Of a stretch of 64,000 nucleotides of DNA, positions 10,534 to 22,100 are shown in pieces. The DNA lies in NCBI GenBank assembly GCA_021323375.2, contig JAJPCT020000025.1:22583-86582 (forward strand), in the 5' to 3' direction. Under the pieces are notes generated by a model. The model was not told the DNA's origin. It worked only from the letters and a program-made list of their open reading frames with translations, and did not search any database. Position 1 is the first letter of the stretch. Each line of letters begins with the position of its first letter. This DNA is from Candidatus Wolframiiraptor gerlachensis. GTDB lineage: Archaea > Thermoproteota > Nitrososphaeria_A > Caldarchaeales > Wolframiiraptoraceae. Position numbers and translations under genes: made by a program.

Positions 10534-10752
10534 TTGCCGACTAAATTTTTATCCTCTACTGTGTCCCACATAACGGGTATAAAATGGGACAAAGTGTCTG
10601 TGTGTTGTCAGAGGAAGATGCTCGAGAGGTTTTGCTATATCTACGACCGCGTTAAGAGTGTACGTAAGCTCACTGAAATGTTTCGGGTCAGTAAGTCCTC
10701 TGTATATAGAATACTCCGCGGTGAACAGGTAGTACCTTTAACTAACACTTAG
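10534..10752 (+). pseudogene. Small HTH fragment, possibly the N-terminus of a tRNA-targeting integrase or regulator
   Basis: 'SVRKLTEMFRVSKSSVYRILRGEQ' HTH; low-GC DNA directly after the tRNA 3' end. Confidence 0.45.
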
Positions 10753-10874
10753 AATAATGACCTAAGTTATTTTACTTATTGTTTTACTATGTTTTATTAC
10801 TTATATAGTGCAATAACCCTAGTTTACAATAAAAATATAGTGCCTTAAATAGTGTATAAGGCGGGTGCTTCAGA

Positions 10875-11505
10875 GTGGCTCAGTCTATTAAACCACGTGT
10901 TTTGATGCTTGGCCTTTTACCTATTGTTGTCAACGCTATCTTTACGCCTATGATCATAGGGGCTCTTGTCGGATTTAGAGAGTTTGCTAAGAACAGTGTG
11001 TACCACATTTTTCTCTATGGGCCTTATCTGTGGAGCATCTATGACGTTGTCTTTGCTTATTTAGCGTTCATGTTTTTAAGAGTGAAGGAGAGAATATCAG
11101 GGAAATTCTTGGTGGAATAAGAGATAAACCACTACTCTCAACAACCATAGCTATTGGGCTAGTTGTAGTGTGCATGCCTCTTAGCTATGGATTGTCGCTA
11201 GTATTTGGCAGCGGCTACGATACTAGTATCTTTAAGGCATTACCACTTCATGTACTACTATATCTAGCTACTATCGGCTCTATTATAGCTGGTGCTTGCG
11301 AAGAGCTTACTTGGAGAGGTTATTTATTAACTAGGCTTGAAAAGCTCACTGGTAAGACAATTGTAGCTGTTGTTATCCAAGCAGTTCTATTTGGCTTTTA
11401 CCATGGATTCACGATGTATGCACTCTCTGTAATGATATTCGGCCTCATAACAGGCTTGATCTACGCTAAGTCCAGAAGGTTGATACCACTAATAATAGGT
11501 CATAC
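10875..11505 (+). pseudogene. CPBP/CAAX (Abi) intramembrane protease, frameshifted near 11080 and truncated/fused after 'IIGH'
   Basis: 'CEELTWRGY', 'FGFYH', 'IIGH' motifs split across ORFs 10875-11120 and 11168-11665. Confidence 0.7.
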
Positions 11506-11790
11506 TAGGAGACGGCATCCCAAGAACCGCTCTAGAGCCTTAGTGAGCGTTTTACAAGTCTTTGACAGGATTACAAGTGAGCTTGGGTACGAAACTGAGC
11601 TAGAGCGTGTTGCTGTAATTAAGCGTTCAGCTGTTAGACTCTTTGGCAGTGACAGGGAAACCTAGATCAACCCTGAATAGAGCTCGCACCCTTATGCTAA
11701 TGTTGCTTAAATGTGAGCATATGCTCCCGACAAATTCGAATAAATCAGTGTTTTCTATGAAAACGAAATAAAATAATGCGGGTTATCGTG

Positions 11791-11893
11791 TGCCGGGGCC
11801 GGGATTTGAACCCGGGACAACGGGGTTCCATCCTCTGACCAGGCTTTGGGAGGATTATGAGCCCCGCACTCTACCAGGCTGAGTTACCCCGGC
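11791..11893 (-). tRNA. tRNA-Met(CAT), elongator-type, with 29-nt anticodon-loop intron
   Basis: GCCGGGG...CCCCGGC-A; BHB motif TCAT/ATGG with AAT and AAC bulges. Confidence 0.9.
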
Positions 11894-12169
11894 GCCTAAA
11901 TCTCCATGCATCACATTTATTAGTTTTTGCGAGTGATTATTTAGGGTTTTAGGCGGCTTAGCGCCCTTTGAAGCCTATCTTCAATCCTTAATGTTTTCCA
12001 GGTGAGGGTGGCTATTAACGCCTTTAAGTAATATTCATCTCCCTGACGGAAGATCTCCGCATCTCCTCGGCAAGAAAACCTATTTCATCCCCGCATTTCC
12101 CCATTATCCTCACAATATTTTCTCAGCCTAGGTAAAAGGTCCTATGCTAGCCTCATAGACAGAATGTTC

Positions 12170-12726
12170 AACAGGATCTCTAGGGCATCATATATCCGAA
12201 GTATCGTGGCATAGAATTGGGCGCGATGCTCGTCAGGGGGACTACGCTCCTAGCCGGGACACCATATGTCAATGTGCTCGCACCCATGGCCAGATACAAT
12301 CCATTCTTCGATAAGGCCGGCATGAGGAGGGTAGAATACAAGTCCAAGTCATGAAAAGATATTGAGAAGCTTCTTGAGAGGCTGAGGATGCTCGGGCTTA
12401 ATCCAGACCTCATAACATCAAGGGCCTATATTAGGAAGGTTTTCAGGGCCATGGATAGGAGGGGACTGAGAAGCATGGCCACCATCACTGAGAGAATCGC
12501 AAGATCCAAGATGATGAGCGCCGAGAAGGTGGAGAGGATAGGGAGGCTTAGCCACGGCGCGATAATCGAGGCCCTAGCCAGGATCCGGGCTAAACGAAAA
12601 TACTTCGTCTGGAGAAACTCGGCAATATTATCTCCAGCCGATGAGATTCTTGGGAAAGGTGCGAGCAACATACAGCCCTGTTATGTTTATGCAGCCCGCT
12701 TTCAGCCAACCCTTATACGGCTATAA
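12170..12726 (+). pseudogene. Remnant of a GNAT-like (ABC-ATPase-associated) mobile-element gene
   Basis: Reads 'PKYRGIELGAMLVRGTTLLAGTPYVNVLAPMARYNPFFDKAGM' then a stop; continues in ORF 12388-12726. Confidence 0.45.
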
Positions 12727-13020
12727 TCCTCGAGTTATCTCATCGGGCGGAGGCTGAGCGTCAAGCTTAGGCTGCCGGAGCCCCTAGTCAAGAGCATAAG
12801 GAGTAGGGTCATCGCATTCCTCATCGACAACCGGGTTAAGGATTATATTGGAGATATATTCGAGACGTTCTCGGCGAGATCCGATTAGATAATCTGAAGG
12901 GAGCTCTACTGCGAATACTGCAAGTCATTCGTGTGTGGGCACACGAAATATGCTGAGAAGATCTATGTAAAGCATGGCCCCTCGATCACGTGGACGTCGG
13001 GGGATAACGACCTCTAGCCT

Positions 13021-14142
13021 TTAACCATATGACATTCTCTCGAGATAGAGAAGCCTCCTTAGAGCCTCCTTCCTCTCCTCGGCATTTATCTCAGCCCCTT
13101 CCAAGACCTGTTGCATGAATGATATCGCCTCATCATATGTTCTCCGTGAGACCGGATATGGAACGCCATCCTTCCCGCCCACAGCAAAGCTGAACTTCAC
13201 AGGATCCCTCCAGTCTATCTTCACGCCATAGATTAGGGCGGAGATTAGGGCGAGAGCCCGAAGCGTGGAAGGCCCAATCCCCCTAATCTCGACAAGCTCT
13301 TCATATTTCCTTGGCCTAACATCATAAGCCCTCTTAATTGCCTTCCAATCTATCCTCCTCGGCATCTTCAGGAAGCTTGGGAGCTCCTTGACAGGGATAG
13401 CCTCATCGCCCTCGATTGACGCTGACAGCGTCTCCTGCCCACGCAACACGAGATTCAATAATCTTATCAGGGTGTTCGGCTTCTCGGAGACGAGGTCAAC
13501 GGAGGCCTTCCTCGCCTCCTCGCTCTCCCTTGAGACCATGTTCAGCACGATCTTCTCCCTCCTTATCGAGGCTATTGCCGCATGCGGCTCGACGACGAAG
13601 CACTCAACCCTCTCACCAAGCCAATGATATCTCCTCGCATATCCCTGATCCGGGCTCATACCCTGCTGGATGACCGCCCACTCGCCATCCTCCGTGAATA
13701 TTATCGCGTGGTGGTAGATCTGGTAGCCATCCTGAAGGACCGCATTATCCACCTTCGCAGCGAGCCTACTCGCCCTGATAAGCTTGGCGGCCTTATCCTC
13801 ATCGATCCCGGATCTCATTATCTGCTCTGGAACCCTCCTGCTCATCATCCCCTTGCCGCCTGCAACCGCGACCCCATGAACATCTAGACTCAAAGCCTCC
13901 CTCAAGGCCCCGACAACAGTGGTCGTGAGGCCGCTTGAGTGCCAGTCGAATCCCAAGGCGCATCCAAGCGACTGGAACCAGTATGGGTCGCTGAGCCTTC
14001 TGAGAAGCTCCCTCCGTCCATAATCATCCACGATGACCTTCGCGATCGCATATGCCATCCTCCTCATCCTGGCCATGAGCCACGCCGGAGCCCTACCCTC
14101 GTGGAGAGGCAGATCCGTTACACCCGAGAGCTTCATTGCCAC
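13021..14142 (-). CDS. DUF763 family protein
   Basis: 'LPLH.GRAP.WL', 'DWHSSGLTT', 'AKVDNAVLQDGY..YHH', 'GGKDGVPYPV'. Confidence 0.9.
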   Translation of the reverse strand: MAMKLSGVTDLPLHEGRAPAWLMARMRRMAYAIAKVIVDDYGRRELLRRLSDPYWFQSLGCALGFDWHSSGLTTTVVGALREALSLDVHGVAVAGGKGMMSRRVPEQIMRSGIDEDKAAKLIRASRLAAKVDNAVLQDGYQIYHHAIIFTEDGEWAVIQQGMSPDQGYARRYHWLGERVECFVVEPHAAIASIRREKIVLNMVSRESEEARKASVDLVSEKPNTLIRLLNLVLRGQETLSASIEGDEAIPVKELPSFLKMPRRIDWKAIKRAYDVRPRKYEELVEIRGIGPSTLRALALISALIYGVKIDWRDPVKFSFAVGGKDGVPYPVSRRTYDEAISFMQQVLEGAEINAEERKEALRRLLYLERMSYG

Positions 14143-14250
14143 GCCCAGACAAATACTGGGATTCTCGGGATTTAACAGTTATCGGCCTGTATCATGACGG
14201 TGGTAAGGTTTATGAGTTAAGCAGTCCGGCCTCTAGGCGACCGGTGATAC

Positions 14251-16491
14251 ATGAGCATGCTGCTCTCCGGTCCCTCATTAACGGTTGTCATCATGGCGAT
14301 CACCTTCGGCATCATCGGCGTTGTTGCCGCCATACTTCTCTACGCAATTGTCCGTAGATACCCGATGGGAAGTAGGGAGATGATAAGTATCTGGGAGGCT
14401 ATCAGGGAGGGCTCTAGGGCATACATGAACAAGCAGATCAGGACCATAATGCTCTTCACGCTCGGGCTCGCCATCGTGATCGCTGTGATGATCTACACCA
14501 TTTACACGGCCGCAATGAATGTTGATCCGGGGATAGCTACTAGAGAGGCGTTTCTCACAAGCCTCTCGACCCTGATCGGCGGCGGCGCATCGGTCGCGGC
14601 GGCATTCTTCAGCATGGATGCTTCAACAAGAACCAATGTCAGAACTACTGAGGCCGCTAAACGCGGCAGCCTCGCAGCCCTAAGGGTCGCGGTCCTAGGC
14701 GGAGGGGTGCTCGGCTTCTCGGTCTATAGCTTAAGCCTGCTCGGGCTCGCGATCCTATTCCTCGCCTACTCGCTCCTAGCCGCAGGCCTACCCGAGATGA
14801 TCGAGTTCAGGATGGTTCTTGATGCTCTTGCAGGCTTCGCGTTCGGGGCAAGCCTCTCAGCACTCTTCGCCCAGCTGGGCGGCGGGATCTACACGAAGTC
14901 CGCAGACATAGGCGCTGACCTCGTTGGAAAGATTGAGGCCGGGATACCAGAGGATGATCCGAGGAACCCGGCGGTCATCGCCGACCAAGTTGGAGATAAT
15001 GTCGGCGACTGCGCGGGCAGAGGCGCCGACATCTTCGAATCAGTCACGGCCGAGACCCTTGGAGGAATGATCATAGGATGGGTCCTCTATGTCCTGACGC
15101 ATGATCCGCTCTTCATGGTGCTGCCGCTCGCGATAGGTGCCGTCGGAGTAATCTCAACAGTCGCGGGTCTCGCGGCGATCCTCTCCTACAAGACCTTCAA
15201 GGAGCCCTTTGAGCCCTTTGCATTCGGCATAGTCGTAACAGCCATCGTCTCCATCATCGCGTATGCGGGCGTTGTCTACTGGCTCTTCCCAGTCCAGTGG
15301 CTCTACATGCTCGGAGCTGGTGCCGCTGGCATAATAGGCGCAACCCTAGTCGTCCTCTCGACTAACAGGTATACTGGTATGAGGAGCAGGGTTGTTAGGG
15401 AGGTTGCTGAGGCCTCTGTCAGCGGGCCGGCCCTAAACATCCTCGGAGGCCTCTCGGTTGGAATGAGGGCTGTCGCTGAGCCCATAATCATTATAGCCGC
15501 AGCCCTCGGCATCTCCTTCCTCTTCGGGAAACTCATGCCTATAGGCGGGATGGAGGGGGGATGGCTTACAGACTTCATTAAGGGGGTGTTCGGGACCGCG
15601 CTCGCCACGCGTGGAATGCTCTCGCTCACCGGGACCGTGATGACCCTGGATGGCGCCGGCCCGATAACCGACAACGCTGCCGGGATCGCCGAGATGTCCA
15701 GGCTCAGTAAGGAGATCAGGGATAACCTCGAGCCGCTAGACGCTGTTGGGAACACGACGAAGGCTCTCACGAAGGGATATGCCATGGGCTCAGCTACGAT
15801 AGCGACGCTCCTCCTCTTCCAAGCATTCATCCAAGACTATGTGGCAAGGGAGGTTGGGATAACCACAATAACGCCTTCAGCCCTCCTAGAATCCATGGCC
15901 GCCTTCTTCAACGAGCTCATACTCATCAAGCCCGGGATAATAATAGCCGCCCTGATCGGCGCCCTCTTACCATACCTATTTTCCGGAATAGCCTTAAAGG
16001 TGGTCACGCAGGCGGCCTTCAAGATGGTCGATGAAGTTCGGAGGCAGTTCAGGGAGATACCCGGCCTGCTAGATGGAAGCGGTAGGCCGGACTACTATAG
16101 GGCGGTCTCAATAGCAACAGAGCATGCTCTCCGTGGAATGCTAGCACCCAGCCTGACAATAATCCTGACGCCGCTCATCATAGGCCTCCTCTTCGGGGGC
16201 CCGGGCGTCGGCGCGCTAGTAATCGGCGCAACCGCCTCCACAATCCCACTCGCGATAATGATGATGTGGGGAGGCGCTACCTGGGATAACGCGAAGAAGT
16301 TCATCGAGGCCGGGAACCTAGGTGGGAAGAGGTCGCCGGCTCACCAAGCGGCGGTCGTCGGAGATACCGTGGGAGATCCGCTAAAGGACACTGTCGGCCC
16401 ATCACTACACATCCTGATAAAGCTGCTGAATACCATCTCCCTAGTCTTCATACCCCTCTACATGCTCTGGCTGCTCCACGGAATCCTCTAA
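14251..16491 (+). CDS. hppA: Membrane-bound pyrophosphatase, K+-independent H+-PPase type
   Basis: 'GGGIYTKSADIGADLVGKIE', 'EDDPRN', 'GNTTKA' (Lys marks K+-independent type), 'GDTVGDPLKDT'. Confidence 0.93.
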   Translation: MSMLLSGPSLTVVIMAITFGIIGVVAAILLYAIVRRYPMGSREMISIWEAIREGSRAYMNKQIRTIMLFTLGLAIVIAVMIYTIYTAAMNVDPGIATREAFLTSLSTLIGGGASVAAAFFSMDASTRTNVRTTEAAKRGSLAALRVAVLGGGVLGFSVYSLSLLGLAILFLAYSLLAAGLPEMIEFRMVLDALAGFAFGASLSALFAQLGGGIYTKSADIGADLVGKIEAGIPEDDPRNPAVIADQVGDNVGDCAGRGADIFESVTAETLGGMIIGWVLYVLTHDPLFMVLPLAIGAVGVISTVAGLAAILSYKTFKEPFEPFAFGIVVTAIVSIIAYAGVVYWLFPVQWLYMLGAGAAGIIGATLVVLSTNRYTGMRSRVVREVAEASVSGPALNILGGLSVGMRAVAEPIIIIAAALGISFLFGKLMPIGGMEGGWLTDFIKGVFGTALATRGMLSLTGTVMTLDGAGPITDNAAGIAEMSRLSKEIRDNLEPLDAVGNTTKALTKGYAMGSATIATLLLFQAFIQDYVAREVGITTITPSALLESMAAFFNELILIKPGIIIAALIGALLPYLFSGIALKVVTQAAFKMVDEVRRQFREIPGLLDGSGRPDYYRAVSIATEHALRGMLAPSLTIILTPLIIGLLFGGPGVGALVIGATASTIPLAIMMMWGGATWDNAKKFIEAGNLGGKRSPAHQAAVVGDTVGDPLKDTVGPSLHILIKLLNTISLVFIPLYMLWLLHGIL

Positions 16492-16560
16492 TCACCTCAT
16501 CCATTTTCCCCTAACTCGGCTATATTATCCCCAACTGCTCAGCCACCTTCACTGCCCGCC

Positions 16561-17064
16561 TCAGCGCGGATTCATAGGGCCCCCATTCTTGAAAATCCAG
16601 TTATTGACACCGCTTATCAGCACAGGCTCGATTTCGAAAACCTCCAACACCTCCTCCCTCCGAAAAGCCCTCAGATAATGCCCTGGATCCTTCAATATCA
16701 GAACCTGCTGATACTCCACCTCATGCACATGCGTCAACGGATGGTCCTCAGCCGATACCACACCCAGAGTCAAGTGCTCTATATCTGATAAGCTGATCGA
16801 GCCTCTCATCCCACGACGCTTCCACTCCTCGACACAGGCATTGAAGTAGTCAATGAAATCCCTGAGATAGGGCCTGCCATAATTATAGTACATGAGGACT
16901 ATCGGGTGGTTGAACCAGCCGCGCCTCACATCCCTTATCAAGCCCATCTTGCGGAGAATAGCCATTATAACCTGCTTCGCCTCCATCCTCTGCTTTCTCA
17001 GCCGCCTATCATCCAATACTCGCGAAGACATGCGCCAGTCCACGTAGGGTCTGAAAACCCGCAT
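16561..17064 (-). CDS. Pyrimidine-dimer DNA glycosylase-like (Pyr_excise) protein
   Basis: 'LDDRRLRKQRME..Q', 'GWFNHP...M', 'EEWKRRG'. Confidence 0.7.
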   Translation of the reverse strand: MRVFRPYVDWRMSSRVLDDRRLRKQRMEAKQVIMAILRKMGLIRDVRRGWFNHPIVLMYYNYGRPYLRDFIDYFNACVEEWKRRGMRGSISLSDIEHLTLGVVSAEDHPLTHVHEVEYQQVLILKDPGHYLRAFRREEVLEVFEIEPVLISGVNNWIFKNGGPMNPR

Positions 17065-17117
17065 ACCCCAAGCTGAGGAAAACCAGCGCATCAAAAATCT
17101 TCAAGCAAGTCCGTAGC

Positions 17118-17176
17118 CGCCTGTGATGAGGCCTCTGCAGCACCTAAGAGGTTGAGCCCTACAAATTTCTTAGGCA
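17118..17176 (+). ncRNA. Possible degenerate box C/D sRNA
   Basis: GCCT-GTGATGA ... CTAA ... GTTGA ... CTTA-GGC spacing fits, but both D boxes deviate from CTGA. Confidence 0.35.
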
Positions 17177-17275
17177 GACCTCAACCCAAGCCTTAAAAGC
17201 CTCAAAAACCCTAGGAGCGGAACACAAGTTTGAGATTAAAATATCTGGTGTGGGAGAATTAGTTTCTGGGAGGGT

Positions 17276-17383
17276 GCGGGGGTAGCCAAGCCTGGTCAAC
17301 GGCGGCGGGCTCAAGATCCCCTTGCAAGATGGGTGACCCGCTCCCGCAGGGGTTCGTGGGTTCGAATCCCACCCCCCGCACCA
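17276..17383 (+). tRNA. tRNA-Leu(CAA) with 20-nt intron (17316-17335)
   Basis: GCGGGGG...CCCCCGC-A-CCA; long variable arm; BHB at 37/38. Confidence 0.93.
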
Positions 17384-17414
17384 CCTCTGAGCAATTATGC
17401 TGGATGACATGTCC

Positions 17415-17936
17415 TCATCGGCTTTTCAGCGCCTCGAGTATCCGTGCATGCCTTTTCTCATCCTCCGCCATCCACTCTATGATCATCTTGAGGCAGTTTG
17501 CCTCAGGCCTAGCCTCCAATAGCATCTTTATTGCCTCCGCCTGGAGCATCATCAAATACTCCTCCATGACGGCGCTCTCCAAGTCTGCCAGCGACTCTAT
17601 CATGGATGCCAGCTCCTCTCTCGTGAGCCTGCTGGTCTGAGCAAGTTCGCGATCCACGCCCCGCATCGTTGTGGCCCAGAGCTCTCCAGCAACCCGCCTA
17701 CACTCCTCCAGGTCCATCGCCCCCGCGCCTAGGGCCGCGGCCATGCTCTTTAGCGCATCTGCATGTTTCCACGAGTCATCCGCTATATAGCCCAGCACGG
17801 CCTTCAGGATGGAGTCCCCAGCCCTCTCCGCCATGTGCTTATAGGCCTCCGCCACCCGCTCCTCCAAAACCCCACAGCAATAAATCAGCTTGAGAAGCTC
17901 ATCCCCGCTGATGCCGCTCATGGAAACTAACCCCAT
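17415..17936 (-). CDS. Ferritin-like/rubrerythrin-type protein
   Basis: 'DSWKH' and 'EDEKRH' diiron-type motifs. Confidence 0.7.
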   Translation of the reverse strand: MGLVSMSGISGDELLKLIYCCGVLEERVAEAYKHMAERAGDSILKAVLGYIADDSWKHADALKSMAAALGAGAMDLEECRRVAGELWATTMRGVDRELAQTSRLTREELASMIESLADLESAVMEEYLMMLQAEAIKMLLEARPEANCLKMIIEWMAEDEKRHARILEALKSR

Positions 17937-18014
17937 CGCATGGGTAATAAAGTTTCCACGCTGTGCAATAACACATTTATTTCGGGGCGGCGGCGTTACC
18001 TCCGAGGCTTGTCC

Positions 18015-18494
18015 ATGTCTTCAATGGAGAATCTCTTAGAATTCATCCGCGAACAGATCAAGGTTGAGAGGGAGATCGTCAGATCCTTAGAGGAGTCTCT
18101 CCCCCGCATCGGCAGCCCGGCCATCAACACAGTCTTGAAGGGAATATCACATGACTCGATGAAGCATGCGGAGATGTATGAGGCGGTTGAGATGATGTTA
18201 ACGAAGACCCGTCCACCCCTAAGCCACGAGACACTACATGAGCAGAGGGAGCTTATCGAGAGGCATATCGAGTATGAGTCTAGGCTGATAAGGAGGGTCG
18301 AGGAGATTCTGCCGGAGATCGAAGACGAGAAGATTAAGCTTGTCCTAAACGCGATCCTAGCGGATGAGAGGAGGCATCACGAGCTACTGAAGAGGATCCT
18401 AGATGTGATAATCAGGGCTGAGGCTATGACATATGAGGATGAATGGGACATGATATGGAGGGATGTGCCCTTCCACGGCTCTCCAGGCGGATGA
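18015..18494 (+). CDS. Ferritin-like protein
   Basis: 'DSMKH', 'DERRHH'; divergent from the neighbouring paralogue. Confidence 0.75.
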   Translation: MSSMENLLEFIREQIKVEREIVRSLEESLPRIGSPAINTVLKGISHDSMKHAEMYEAVEMMLTKTRPPLSHETLHEQRELIERHIEYESRLIRRVEEILPEIEDEKIKLVLNAILADERRHHELLKRILDVIIRAEAMTYEDEWDMIWRDVPFHGSPGG

Positions 18495-18556
18495 CCCATC
18501 ACTACCTTTTATATTTTTATCTTTATTTATCTTTTTTACTTCAGGGCTCTATGCGT

Positions 18557-18973
18557 TTAGAGTCTTTTAAGGCTTGGAAGCATTATCACTAGCCCGATGA
18601 TTATTAGGACTATTGCTAGGGCTGCCTGGATGGCGTGGATTATGCCGACCGGGTGGAGGATCCAAGAGATTGTCAGGGCTGTAGCTGAGCCGAGCATGGC
18701 CGCGCCTATGATCACGAGGATGAGGCCCACTATCAGGCTCGCGTGCCGCGAGATGTCGAAGCTCGCTATCGGTGGCTTCTCCTCGCCTGCCCTTGGCATT
18801 AACAGGACACCAAGAACGTAGAATATTATCATGAGCACAGGTGAGAGTATGAGGAGGATCACGGCGACAATCCTGAGAAGTGTTGCATCAACCCCGAGAT
18901 ACTCCCCAAGCCCGCCTATAACCCCCGCGAGGACTTTATTCCTCGCCGACCTCTCAAGCCTCTTCGACGACAT
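18557..18973 (-). CDS. PspC-domain membrane protein
   Basis: 'LERS..NKVLAGVIGGLGEYLGVD.TLLRI'. Confidence 0.85.
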   Translation of the reverse strand: MSSKRLERSARNKVLAGVIGGLGEYLGVDATLLRIVAVILLILSPVLMIIFYVLGVLLMPRAGEEKPPIASFDISRHASLIVGLILVIIGAAMLGSATALTISWILHPVGIIHAIQAALAIVLIIIGLVIMLPSLKRL

Positions 18974-19114
18974 GACTCAGCATTTATGTGTTTCATGGGT
19001 TATAAAGGCTTTCTAAAGCCGCGTGCGATCCGCATTGAGCCTGCAAGCCTAGTTGGGGATTCTCTAGAGCCAGTAAATCGTTATTAGGATTCCCGGCGAA
19101 TGCCCATTAGGTGG

Positions 19115-22100
19115 ATGAAGACGGCCAAGATCCTCGAAAGGCTTGGATACGACTACTTCTCCTTCGAGATCCCGCCTGAGCTCCCCGAGATCTCCAATAT
19201 CAGGTTCGGTGACCTCATCCCTGAGCTTGAGAGGTCGGGTTCTCCCCTATGTAGGAGGATTGCTAGTCAGAGGCTCTACACACATCAGGTTAAGGCGATG
19301 GAGGCTCTTAGGAGGGGTGAGAACCTCGTCCTCAAGTCTGGCACGGGCTCCGGGAAGACCGAAGCATGGTTTCTGAGAGTGGCCTTAGATGGCGTGGGCG
19401 CCCTTGCAGTCTATCCAACCCTAGCGCTTGCAAACGACCAACTTAATAGACTGCGGGAATATGGCTCTGCACTCGGCTTCAAGGTAATGGCCCTAGATGC
19501 CGTGAAGCGTGATGAGCTCGTGAAGAGCATCGGGTATCGTGGGCTTAGGAGGGAGATCGCCGAGTCGAGGATCGTAATAACAAACCCCGCATTCCTCCTT
19601 AATGAGCTCAAGAAGATGGGCGCCGGAAAAGCCTCACTACTGAGACCATTCCTCGAGAAGGCTGGGATGATCGTCATAGACGACTTCGACTTCTACGGCC
19701 CGAGATCGATTGCGCTGCTATTCAGCATGATTAGGCTCCTCCTCAGGCTCACGAACCCGAGCATCCAGCTCGCCTTCATGACAGCGGCCCTCGCAAATCC
19801 GGAGGAAGTCGCCGAATACCTCACATCAATAAATGGCAGGAAGACAGTCATAGTTGATGGTAAGTCCTTTCATCCGAGAAACCTCGTCTATATCGTGTTG
19901 GGGAAAAGCCTTACAGCTGTCTGGGATAGGGTTAGAGCCGCGCTCGCCGACAAGATGGAGATGCTCGGCGAAGATGTTAGAAGAGCGCTCAGCGACTTCC
20001 AGCAGTTCAAGAAATACTACTTCAGAGTCTTGGATGCGGCTCGGGGGCTCGGTGTCGAGATCCCAGACGTGTCTCTCGATATCGCAGAGATCCTCGAGCA
20101 TTATCTGGATGATGATGGGGTTACGATAGTCTTCACGAGGAATATCGCGAGAGCCGAGGAGGTTGCTAGGAGGGTGAGGCTCAGGGCTGGCGAGGGCGCG
20201 GGAATAGCCTCCCATCACCATCTCCTCTCCAAGAGGTTTAGGGAGGAGGTTGAGGAGAGCGCGAGAGCTGGGAGGATAAAGGTCATAGTCTCGCCTAGGA
20301 CCCTTAGCCAGGGAATAGACATAGGTCTTGTTAAAAGGATCGTCCATGTCGGGCTCCCTGACTCCCTCAGGGAGTTCAAGCAGCGTGAGGGGAGAAAGGG
20401 CAGGAGGCCGGAGATAGAGGAGACGGAGACCGTGATAATCCCGCAGGGAGCATGGGATCATGAGCTCCTTTCAAGAGGCGTTGAAGCCCTCAGGAAGTGG
20501 ATGGAACTTCCACAAGAGAAGGTGATGGTCAACAGGGACAACCTATATGGCAAGTTCTTTGAAGCATTATTCAAGTATGTCTCACCATCACTCAGGCAGG
20601 AGCTCACGCAGGATGAATTGAGGCTTCTCAGGGAGCTCGGCCTTGAATCCGATGGGGAGCTGACTAGAAGGGGCAAGATGACCTGGCTCAAGATGAACTT
20701 CTACGAGTTCGCCCCCGCCTATGGGATAAAGCGGATAAGGGTCTCGAGGCTCGGCGACCAAGAGTATCTCGAGGATATCTCGCACGTTGATCTAGTTGAG
20801 AAGTTCCAGATAGGATGCATAGATTATAGCAGTGATGGAGTTGTCGTGGAGCATAAACTTGGTGGGAGGAGCTCGAGGACTGTTACAGCGGTCTATGTGG
20901 AGGACCTTAGCGAGGGGGTTTTAAGGAGGCATGACGCACTCGCCCAAGTTCTCGAGGAGTATGAGAAGGCGAAATGGAGGTGGGGGGAGAGACCCGATCT
21001 CAGGAGAGACTACTTCGCCGGCAAGATCCACACGGATGTTAGGTGCGTCGTTCATGCCCCGAGCAACGGCTTCGGCCTATACACAAAGATACCGAATAGG
21101 GTGATCTGGAGGATAATTTCGGACAAAAGGCTTATCAAGGTCATAGGGGAGAGAACCATCACGATCAGAGAGAGCAGGACAATCGAAGTCCCGGCGCCGA
21201 CGAATGGTATCTACACAGACTACACTTATGGGATAAGCTTCGAGGTCAGCCCGGAGGAGGATCCACAGCTCCTCAGACTTGGCCTCGCATTCCTCATCAT
21301 AGCTCTCAGGAGAATCCTCGGAATAGCCTTTGACACAATAAAATATGATATTATGATCATGGGTGAGAGGAAAGTTGTTGGGATGCATGAGACCGAGAGC
21401 GCCGGGCTTCTCTCAAGGATAAACTGGCAGGACCTCGCGGAGAAGATCAGAGAATATGAGCCGGATGAGCTTGACGAGGTCTTCTTGGAAGAGGTTGATG
21501 AGCTCGCCTACTCGAGCTTCATTACGCTAAAACTTGACTGGGATCTAGTCAAGAGACAGACACTAAAAATCTTGGATTATCTCCTCCTGCGGGAGAGGCT
21601 GAGGATAGAGCTTGCTGGCAGGAGCATCACGATCCCGAAGCCCTCGAGGGCGCTGAGGCTTGCATCCATCGCCGCGGTATCCATACTTCTCAGAGAGGAT
21701 TTGAGGAGCGGCCTTTACGGGGTCGCGATATTTGATGGCGAGGAGGCCCTAACATCCGCCGGGTTCTACGAGCTCGGCGCGCCGGACAAGTCGCATTCAA
21801 GCCTCCTAACATATCTCAACTCACTCATAGATCAGGGCTTCAGTATCATAGTCTATGACTTGAAGGCTGTTAGCAGGGCGCTCGAGGAAGCCGGCCTAGC
21901 CTCCCTCAAGATTATACTGGAAGGCCTTCGAGCATCGAATAAGATGATAGAGGCTGGGAGGGAGCTCATGGAGGCTCTTGGAGAGCCGGTATCGCTGGAG
22001 CTCTTTGAGGAGCTCATGGGCCTCGAGAAGGAGGTTAGGCTCCAAGACCTAATCTACGCGGCTGAGGAGGAGAAGAGGAGGATCCCGAAGATCTCGTTCT

